Below, piece by piece: positions 40,458-48,083 of a stretch of 64,000 bases of DNA. The translations under genes and the position numbers were made by a program. The notes beneath the pieces were generated by a model. The model ran no database searches. It saw only the letters and a program-made list of their open reading frames with translations, and was not told the DNA's origin. The stretch comes from an uncultured Bdellovibrio sp. GTDB lineage: Bacteria > Bdellovibrionota > Bdellovibrionia > Bdellovibrionales > Bdellovibrionaceae. How positions within the stretch are numbered: position 1 is the stretch's first letter; every line of letters begins with the position of its first letter. Location of the stretch: positions 20,219 through 84,218 of the forward strand of contig CAWVRN010000019.1 in the NCBI GenBank assembly GCA_963932905.1, in the 5' to 3' direction.

Positions 40458-40715
40458 ATTGCCCCGATCGGCTGTCTCGTTTCGGGAAGGGCAAGTCGCT
40501 AAAATCTCTAGTTATTCTCATCTTATTTCTGAAATCCCTATTAAATATTGATATTTAACGTAACGCGTCTAAACTAGTAGTTAAGACTGCGTTTAGAGGT
40601 TATTGGGCTTTGGAGTCCTGGCTGTGACTGGCCGGACTCCGATTTTTCCTGGTCCAAGGGCTTGGATCACAAAAAGAGCCAGAGTTGTGTGGGCGCCATT
40701 GAGAGGAGCTCAAAC

Positions 40716-41537
40716 GTGAAGATATTCAGCCAAGCTGCTTTGTTATCTACCCAGCGGGTGATGCAGCAAAATCAAAATCAATTAGAGGTCGCCATGAAGC
40801 AACTTGCTAGTGGTAATCGTTTTGCCAACAGTGCAGTGGATGCTGCTGGGCAAGCTATTTCAGAAAATATCAAATCCCAAGTGCGTGGTACCGAGGCCGC
40901 TACCGCCAATGCGGAAAATGCCACTAGCTTAGTTCAGCAAGCTGAAGGTGCGTTGAATGAGCAAAATAATATTTTGATTCGAATGCGTGAGTTGTCGGTG
41001 CAGGCAGCCAGTGATACTGTGTCGGATGTTGAGCGCGAATTTATCAATTATGAATTTGAGCAAATTAACAGCGAGTTAGATCGTATCGCAAAGACCACTC
41101 GATTTGGTTCTCAGAACCTCCTTGATGGAAGCTCGCGTACGTACGATTTTCAAGTTGGTTTGGATAAAGGTGCCTCCTCGCGAATCGTGTACAACCAGGA
41201 TTCTGACACGACGGCCGCTTCACTTGGTGTGGATGGGTTGTCGGTGGATAGTCAGTCATCGGCACTAGACTCGATGGACGCCATCGACGAGGCACTGCAA
41301 AGAATCAGCGGCGAGCGTGCAAAACTAGGGGCCGTGCAAAGTCGTTTAGAATTCGCCATCAACAACAACGAAAGCCAAAAAGAAAATCTTTCGTCAGCCT
41401 ACTCAAAACTAGCGGACACCGATATAGCCAAAGCCTTCACAGAAATGCGAAGAGCACAAATTCTTCAGCAATACCAAGTAGCAGTTCTAGCCAACGCCAA
41501 CGAAAGCCAAGGCTACGCCCTAAAACTCATCGCTTGA
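40716..41537 (+). CDS. fliC: Flagellin, divergent copy 1 (GTG 40716 after SD GAGGAG)
   Basis: LASGNRF...DAAGQAI, QAEGAL..ILIRMRELSVQA, RAKLGAVQSRLE, DTDIA; about 273 aa. Confidence 0.92.
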   Translation: MKIFSQAALLSTQRVMQQNQNQLEVAMKQLASGNRFANSAVDAAGQAISENIKSQVRGTEAATANAENATSLVQQAEGALNEQNNILIRMRELSVQAASDTVSDVEREFINYEFEQINSELDRIAKTTRFGSQNLLDGSSRTYDFQVGLDKGASSRIVYNQDSDTTAASLGVDGLSVDSQSSALDSMDAIDEALQRISGERAKLGAVQSRLEFAINNNESQKENLSSAYSKLADTDIAKAFTEMRRAQILQQYQVAVLANANESQGYALKLIA

Positions 41538-41613
41538 GGGGTACCTCCTAACATTCTGGTACCCAGCGCATTAGACGCTGCGGGTACCAGAATGTTAGGA
41601 GGTACCCTCAAGC
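41532..41613. repeat. Near-perfect inverted repeat overlapping the flagellin 1 stop codon
   Basis: GCTTGAGGGGTACCTCCTAACATTCTGGTACCC ... GGGTACCAGAATGTTAGGAGGTACCCTCAAGC (about 32-bp arms, single-base bulge). Confidence 0.85.
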
Positions 41614-41735
41614 TAGACCTTTGACCCTCCTGGACTGGACCTTTAGCCTCCTTTTTAAAATATTTTTTCATGGCCAATTTCTAGTAGTTACGCGTACTAG
41701 ACGCGTTGCGTTTTAAAATTACCTGGACCAAGGGC

Positions 41736-41762
41736 TAAAGTTTCCTGGACCAAAGCCGAAGT
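41736..41762 (+). promoter_or_regulatory. Sigma28 promoter upstream of flagellin 2
   Basis: TAAA-N15-GCCGAAGT. Confidence 0.8.
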
Positions 41763-42225
41763 AGTCTGTGAACACGTTGGAGCAACCTTGCGATCCGGAC
41801 CTCGATTCGCAGTCGAACATCCCTTCTCAAGGCTTCCCAGAGGAAGTACTCAAGAGACCAGTCACCTCGAGAGTATTTTTCCTCCAGGAGCTCCCCAAAA
41901 AATAAAATCAGTGAGTTTTTGCGCAAGTAAAAACTCTGAGCCAGTAAGTTGATTGCTTTGTCCGTGTATTGGGACGAGCAAATTGACTTGTGGTCAAGCA
42001 GCGCGCTTGGGCTTAGAAGCCTTTAAGCGCATGGTTTTCACAGAACCTATTCCAAAATAGGTCTTGTCGAAAAAAAGGCACTGCTACGCTCAAAATACTT
42101 CCTCATCGAAGTTCTGATTTTAATTTGTATTCATTGATTAAAACTGAATTTGGTTTTGGAACCTCAAGTGTGAGCGAAGTTTCCAAAGTAACCCCCAAAT
42201 TCTTTGATATCCACAGGAGGATATA

Positions 42226-43053
42226 ATGGGCTTAAGAATACAAACAAATATGGCGTCGATATCGGCACAAAAGGTGCTCGGCATCCAGCAAAAGCGTCAA
42301 GAGCATGCCTCACAAGCATTAGCGAGTGGTACACGTATCGTTAAAGCCGGTGACGATGCCGCAGGTCTTGCGATTTCACAGAGCATGAATGCGCAAGTAA
42401 AAGGGATGCAAATGGCGCGTATGAACTCATTCAACGCCGTCAGTGCGATCCAAGTATCAGAAGGTGGTCTGAATGAAATCAGTAACATCTTAGTGCGCTT
42501 GAGAGAACTAGGTATCCAAGCGGCATCTGATAATATCGGAGATAAAGAGAGAGAGTTCCTAGATCTAGAAGCACAGAACATTATCGCGGAAGCCGATCGT
42601 ATTGCTAAAACGACAACGTTTGGTAATAAAGTATTGCTAGATGGTTCCGGCGGTAGTCAAACGTTCCATGTCGGTGCGTTTGGTGGTGAAGAAAACACGA
42701 TCACGTATGACTTGTCTTCAGATGCCACGGCATCAGCGATAGGAATCGATGGTCTATCTGTTGCGGACAAAGGAAGTGCACGCGATCTATTACAAACAGT
42801 AGATGAGTCGATGCAACAAATCGGTGCGATGCGAGCGAATTTTGGTGCGATCCAGAATCGTCTTGAGATCACAACGAACAACTTAGATACCCAAATTGAA
42901 AATCTATCCGCGGCTAAGTCACGTATTGCAGATACTGATATTGCCAGAGAGTCGTCAGAATTAGCGTCATCGCAAGTACTACAAAGTGCAGCGGTGTCCG
43001 TACTGGCGCAAGCAAATCAATCCCAAGGCGTAGCTTTGAAGTTGATAGGCTAA
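42226..43053 (+). CDS. fliC: Flagellin, copy 2
   Basis: MGLRIQTN, LASGTRIVKAGDDAAGLAIS, RANFGAIQNRLE, SRIADTDIA; 275 aa. Confidence 0.97.
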   Translation: MGLRIQTNMASISAQKVLGIQQKRQEHASQALASGTRIVKAGDDAAGLAISQSMNAQVKGMQMARMNSFNAVSAIQVSEGGLNEISNILVRLRELGIQAASDNIGDKEREFLDLEAQNIIAEADRIAKTTTFGNKVLLDGSGGSQTFHVGAFGGEENTITYDLSSDATASAIGIDGLSVADKGSARDLLQTVDESMQQIGAMRANFGAIQNRLEITTNNLDTQIENLSAAKSRIADTDIARESSELASSQVLQSAAVSVLAQANQSQGVALKLIG

Positions 43054-43123
43054 TTAAAGTTTAAGTTATAGAGTTCAGTTAGAAGTTCAAGATAGAGTAG
43101 TCGCCCACACATCTTCTACTCTT

Positions 43124-43176
43124 AAGCCCAACCCCGGAGGGCCATTCCGGTTCTCCGGGGACATTTTTGGGGCTTT
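43124..43176 (+). terminator. GC-rich hairpin downstream of flagellin 2, probable terminator
   Basis: CCCCGGAG/CTCCGGGG stem followed by ACATTTTT, outer AAGCCCA/TGGGGCTT pairing. Confidence 0.6.
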
Positions 43177-43210
43177 GAAGTGGGTGACAGATATTTAGGA
43201 GAGTATAGAA

Positions 43211-43585
43211 GTGAAAAAATCATTTCTATCCGCTTTACTTGCCTTTGGATTATCTTTGCCTTCGCAAAGAACGGTGACAATGGGATCTTTCGCGCATGGT
43301 GAGCCGAAAGAAAAGACGACGGTCACTCCATGGGAAGTAAAAATGGCCAACTACCTAAAGGGCCTCCCGAACGACGTTGTATTGTTGATACAGCGAATGG
43401 ACAACTGTGACCATTGGGCTGGTGAAGATGGCTACGATGAAGAACGCGCTAAAGAAATAGAAGCTGCAGTTAGTAAGTTGAAATGTGAATCTATAGACGC
43501 GGATAGAGCTCGAATTCTTAAGAAATATAAATCCAAAAAATCTGTCGTTAATAAAATCAAAAATTATCCTGCTGGTCTGGAATAA
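43211..43585 (+). CDS. Small exported hypothetical protein
   Basis: SD AGGAG, signal-like N-terminus, LPNDV...RMDNCDHWAGEDGYDEERA...C motif. Confidence 0.7.
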   Translation: MKKSFLSALLAFGLSLPSQRTVTMGSFAHGEPKEKTTVTPWEVKMANYLKGLPNDVVLLIQRMDNCDHWAGEDGYDEERAKEIEAAVSKLKCESIDADRARILKKYKSKKSVVNKIKNYPAGLE

Positions 43586-43990
43586 AATCCCACGCTTTTT
43601 GAAGTTTGAAGGACTTTCTTTTTTTAAGCTTGGCTCTGGATGGTGCAAGGGGACTTCCTTCCGAGGAGATTTTTATTTTCAAAAAGTATGGCAGAAACCT
43701 GGTAGGCGCCCGACGGCAATCCTCGCAAACCCGCTCAGCACTAGGTCTAGCTAGTCCTTCATCCCCACGACTTTCATCACCCGGACTTAGACGAGAACAA
43801 AGTCTAGCTGGACTAGATCAGCTAAACATCTAGTCGAGTCTTAATTCTTTGGTCCTGTAAATTTCATTTTCCAAAAAAATTTCTGTAACATTTGTAAAAA
43901 AACCTAGACTTTAATCTTGGTTTTTCAAAAAAAACCCCGGATCAAGGTCCAGAAACTATCCGACATTGGTCTAGTTTTCATCGACAAGAC

Positions 43991-44017
43991 TAAAGCCTTC
44001 ACAGACCTAGCCGAATG
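43991..44017 (+). promoter_or_regulatory. Sigma28 promoter upstream of flagellin 3
   Basis: TAAA-N15-GCCGAATG. Confidence 0.8.
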
Positions 44018-44231
44018 GTTTGTCAGATGGTTCAACACGACTGAAGTGTTAAGACCAAAGGACAGAGAAAGAGTTCCGGAGTGACTGCCAGAGCTTGATC
44101 GATGAAGTCTTTTGTTCCCACCAAAGTCTAGTGTACCAACGTGTTCAACTGGTCCAGTCTTTAAGTAGGTTTTGAAGCTGGACCTTTAACCGCATCTCCA
44201 AATTAATGGGGATGCTATACAGGAGGTCCCC

Positions 44232-45065
44232 ATGGGAATGAGAATTTCAACAAATATGGCATCTTTAAGTGCTCAGAAGTCTTTAGCTGGGTCACAAAGA
44301 GAAATTCAGAAGTCGTTTACGCAATTGGCTTCAGGATCGCGAATCACAAAGTCATCAGATGATGCTGCGGGATTAGCAATCAGTGAAAATTTAAAATCTG
44401 GTATGAGAAGTATCACTCAAGCCGGAAGAAATGCGAACGATGGTATTTCCCTAATTCAAACAGCAGAGGGCGGCCTCGGTGAAATTTCAAATATTTTAAC
44501 TCGTATGCGTGAGTTAGGAATCCAATCAGCATCAGATACAGTATCTGATAAAGAGCGCGGGTTTCTAGATAAAGAGGTTCAACAGCTTAAAGCAGAGGTT
44601 GACCGTATCTCGGCTACGACTAAGTTCGGTAATCAGGAATTGATTAATGGTAATGGCAAGGTTTACGATTTCCAAGTTGGTATCAACAATGATCCAAATG
44701 CGGATAGAATTTCGTTTAACTCTGGTGAGTCAGATGCAACCGCTGGAAATTTAGGAATCGATGGATTTGATTTCTCTAGTAAAGATGGTGCGCAAGATGC
44801 TCTTGCGGTTCTCGATGAAGCGCAAAGCACAGTGAATGGATTCCGAGCTAATCTGGGTGCCTTACAAAATCGTTTGCAAGTGACCTATGATAACTCGCAA
44901 ACAATGTTCGAAAATATTTCAGCAGCTAATTCTCGTATCCGCGACACAGACGTGGCACAAGCAAGCAGTGAGTTAGCAAAAAATAGTATCTTGTTACAAG
45001 CTTCGACAGCGACATTAGCTCAAGCGAACCAAATCACTGGTACCGCTATGAAATTGATCGGCTAG
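44232..45065 (+). CDS. fliC: Flagellin, copy 3 (most canonical)
   Basis: MGMRISTN, LASGSRITKSSDDAAGLAISE, RNANDGISLIQTAEGGL, RANLGALQNRL, SRIRDTDVA; 277 aa. Confidence 0.98.
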   Translation: MGMRISTNMASLSAQKSLAGSQREIQKSFTQLASGSRITKSSDDAAGLAISENLKSGMRSITQAGRNANDGISLIQTAEGGLGEISNILTRMRELGIQSASDTVSDKERGFLDKEVQQLKAEVDRISATTKFGNQELINGNGKVYDFQVGINNDPNADRISFNSGESDATAGNLGIDGFDFSSKDGAQDALAVLDEAQSTVNGFRANLGALQNRLQVTYDNSQTMFENISAANSRIRDTDVAQASSELAKNSILLQASTATLAQANQITGTAMKLIG

Positions 45066-45241
45066 GCGCCCCCGGCTAGACGCCACAATCCTGGGGTTTC
45101 CGCTATAGGAGCCACGAGGAATGTATAAGCTAAACAAGGTACGTGTATCCGAGCGGTCCTTCGCGGCCGCAAATATTAGGTAAAATTTTTTAAAATGATG
45201 AAACAAGCTCAGCTCTCCGTCTGGGTTTGTGGACCAACCTA

Positions 45242-45276
45242 CCTGGAAAGTTTGAAGTCAGGCTTTCCAGGGTCTT
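45242..45276 (+). terminator. Hairpin downstream of flagellin 3, possible terminator
   Basis: CCTGGAAAGTTTGA / TCAGGCTTTCCAGG stem (with G-U pairs) followed by GTCTTT. Confidence 0.5.
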
Positions 45277-45468
45277 TGGGTGTTTAGTATCCTCCTGAGG
45301 TCCTGTAAAAAAATTTGTCATTTCATTTTGGGACGCTGTCGTAAAAATAGCCAACCTCTAGAGCAATCTGGTTTATTTCGAAAATTCTTCTCTATAAACT
45401 CAGCTTTTTTAATAACTTTACGATAAAATGGAATGAGCTGCTTCGTTGGAGCTCGATTCGGGGGAATC

Positions 45469-47337
45469 ATGAAGACTAGTAATAGTTGTCATTGGATCAT
45501 TGCTATTGCTTTCACTCTGTTTACTTTTAAAGTCTATTCGCTTGGCGGCTCAGGAACTAGAACACTCACTTGCGCAGCAGGATGGAAAGTCGAGACAGTT
45601 AGGCAAGGTCGTACATATTCTCAAAAGTGTGTAGTCGATTCAGAAACTATGTCTAAGCCCGAATACAACAGAGAATTGTACCGTACTCCAACTTCAAGCG
45701 CCCCAGCGGCGGCTCCTGCGACAAAAAAAACGACTAATAATAAGACCACTAAAAAAAACCAATCTAAAAGTGCTAGTTCTGAAAAAAAACAAGAAGCGGA
45801 TTCGTCAGAAAATTCTGATGATATTGATTCTTTACTGGATGATAAATCTGAGCCGTCAACGGCTTCAGGTAATGGTAATTCAGAGGCTTCAGACTATCAA
45901 AAATGTAACGCCTCATCGTTTGATGCTATTTTTGTTGGGGGCGTTTGTAAAAGTAAAGATTCGATGGTTGATCCGGGGTGTTTTCCTCCTTCAGCATTGA
46001 GTCAGGAAGAATACAATAAAATGTGGAGTGATATCAACTCTGGAAACTCGAACTATGTTAACGTCACCAAAACAATCACAGACGACCAAGGTAAAAATAT
46101 ACCTATGACGCAATTTTGCTCGAAAGATTCTGGAGGAAAATCTGTGGCTGATGACAATGCCTGCGAACAGCGTTTTAATGCAGCTCGAGACATGTGCTTT
46201 ACTCAATCAAATAAAGCGGGCACAGATTGCGATCAAGAAAATGAGGGTATTCAGGCAGCCATGCAGGCGACGAAAGCGGTTGGTGCTGGTTCAGCAGTTA
46301 ATGTGCAGTTAGCCTGTTCGAAGTTGGGAGAGATTAGTAAAATTGCCAACGCCTCTTTAGGTAGCTGGCAGACATATTGTGCAGTTTCGCAAAGTGGTTG
46401 TGAGTCGTCTTGTACGGAAGCGAAATCTATGTATTACAGTTCCACATGTATTCCACAGCCAAACCGGGCGAGTTACACAAGTGACATCAAAGCGATTGAA
46501 GAACACATCTCTGCCTGCGTTGCCTATAAGAAACGTATTTCAGAAGCTGCCCAGCATGCGACCGCCGCGTTAGCACAGTTACAAGCTTCGAAACAGTGCG
46601 AACAAGACACAAGTGCGTTAACCACAGCTAGTTTAAATGAATGTAAGAATAACCCTAACAATCCATTGTGTACAGATGCGCAGAAGTGTTCAAATGCGGA
46701 ATTCGCTGCTACCAATAAAGTTTGTACGTGTATAAATAATCCAAGTTCAAAAGATTGTATCGCGTCTACAAGCGCTGCTGGAAATCGCGGTGTGGCCGGT
46801 TCTACAATTCCAGGTGTCGGCGGTTCTACAAAAGGTGTCGATGGTGGCACATCACTTATTGGTACTGGTGGTACAGGGGCTGCGGGTCCCGATGCATTTG
46901 CCGACTCACTACAAAAGGGCGCGACTAAGAACGAACAAAATTTAGGTGGTTCTAAAGGCAGCGCTAACCTGGGTGGTGGCAGTGGGCCTGGCGGTGGCGG
47001 TGGACTTGGTATGAACGCAGCAGGTGCCGCGGGTGGTGGTGGGCCCGAAGATAAAAGTAAAATCAATTCTGGGTTCTATGGTAGTGCTACAGCGGGCGGT
47101 GGTTATTTTGGAAAGACCGGCGGTGTTGGTGGAAGCTATCGACCGAATGCGGGTGGAGTTAACTACAATAAATTAGGCGCCGGCGGGGCCCAATTTGATC
47201 CACGACGTTATATTGCCGGTTTAAATGGGAAAGCTGGTGAATATATCAACGGTCCTAACATGGATATATTCCGCATTGTTAAAAATAGAATTGAATCTAA
47301 AAAACCGACAATGCTCGATCCTGATTATAAAAAATAG
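45469..47337 (+). CDS. Exported Cys-rich / Gly-rich hypothetical protein (ATG 45469 after GGGGGA; ORF extends to 45433)
   Basis: Signal peptide, many paired Cys, long Gly-rich tail ending GPNMDIFRIVKNRI. Confidence 0.8.
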   Translation: MKTSNSCHWIIAIAFTLFTFKVYSLGGSGTRTLTCAAGWKVETVRQGRTYSQKCVVDSETMSKPEYNRELYRTPTSSAPAAAPATKKTTNNKTTKKNQSKSASSEKKQEADSSENSDDIDSLLDDKSEPSTASGNGNSEASDYQKCNASSFDAIFVGGVCKSKDSMVDPGCFPPSALSQEEYNKMWSDINSGNSNYVNVTKTITDDQGKNIPMTQFCSKDSGGKSVADDNACEQRFNAARDMCFTQSNKAGTDCDQENEGIQAAMQATKAVGAGSAVNVQLACSKLGEISKIANASLGSWQTYCAVSQSGCESSCTEAKSMYYSSTCIPQPNRASYTSDIKAIEEHISACVAYKKRISEAAQHATAALAQLQASKQCEQDTSALTTASLNECKNNPNNPLCTDAQKCSNAEFAATNKVCTCINNPSSKDCIASTSAAGNRGVAGSTIPGVGGSTKGVDGGTSLIGTGGTGAAGPDAFADSLQKGATKNEQNLGGSKGSANLGGGSGPGGGGGLGMNAAGAAGGGGPEDKSKINSGFYGSATAGGGYFGKTGGVGGSYRPNAGGVNYNKLGAGGAQFDPRRYIAGLNGKAGEYINGPNMDIFRIVKNRIESKKPTMLDPDYKK

Positions 47338-47405
47338 GTTTGATTTACCCATCAGATTCTTTTATCAACTCTGTGTAGCTTTAATTTCTACACAGGGGGA
47401 AATCA

Positions 47406-48083
47406 ATGACTTTAGTTTTACGTTTAGCTTTAGCAGCAGCAGCTGCATTTTCAATTTCATGTTCTAGCGGCGGTGGCGGCGGTGATGGAACAGGTACTGG
47501 CGGCGGTAACCAAAAAACAGATAACTCTGCTTTTACAAATGTAGCGGGGACAGCGAAGGGCCAGTGGTCAAATGGCGACACGATCAGCCTTTTCATTTCT
47601 GATTCTCGTTTAAAACTAGTTGGTCAGTGTGAAAACAAACAATCAATCGAAGCTGAAATCAGCATCAAACTGACGCCAAGCACGATTACATTTTTAGAAA
47701 CAAAAGCAGTTGGTTCTGGAAACTGTTCAATCGACTTCAAAAAAGATACGGTTTTAAATTACTCAGTACAAGGTGATGAATTATTCATCCAAATGGACGA
47801 GCAAAAACAAATGACTTTGACTCGGGTTGGATCAACATCAAATACAACTCCGGGCACTAATACTGGTGGTACCACGATTTCTTTTGAACTTTACACTGGT
47901 CAAAATTGCACAGGTCAAAAAATGATTTACACTGGCGGTATGAACTGCAATCAGTTGGGTGGAAACATTCAATCGTTAAAACAACCGGGAACTACTCAAT
48001 GCCAAAATACGAATACGCCGCAAGATTCACGCGCGATTTGTAACTCAATTAACGAGCAGTTGGCGCAGCAAGGCGGTCAATAA
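47406..48083 (+). CDS. Hypothetical lipoprotein
   Basis: Lipobox SIS-C followed by poly-Gly linker; SD GGGGGA. Confidence 0.8.
   Translation: MTLVLRLALAAAAAFSISCSSGGGGGDGTGTGGGNQKTDNSAFTNVAGTAKGQWSNGDTISLFISDSRLKLVGQCENKQSIEAEISIKLTPSTITFLETKAVGSGNCSIDFKKDTVLNYSVQGDELFIQMDEQKQMTLTRVGSTSNTTPGTNTGGTTISFELYTGQNCTGQKMIYTGGMNCNQLGGNIQSLKQPGTTQCQNTNTPQDSRAICNSINEQLAQQGGQ

Noticed and set aside
41735..41926. 63-aa minus-strand ORF in the flagellin 2 leader
   Set aside because: TTG start, no SD, antisense to a consensus sigma28 transcript
43606..43833. 75-aa ORF upstream of flagellin 3
   Set aside because: TTG start, low-complexity Ser/Arg composition, overlaps the CTAG-rich regulatory region
43681..44100. 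c-di-GMP-I riboswitch upstream of flagellin 3
   Set aside because: GCAAAC and TGACTGCCAG fragments are present but not in the GEMM P1/P2 arrangement; an Infernal search would be needed to exclude it fully
46524..47066. 180-aa Pro-rich antisense ORF and the other short antisense or alternate-frame ORFs in the track
   Set aside because: Shadows of well-supported genes (here the Gly-rich codons on the opposite strand)
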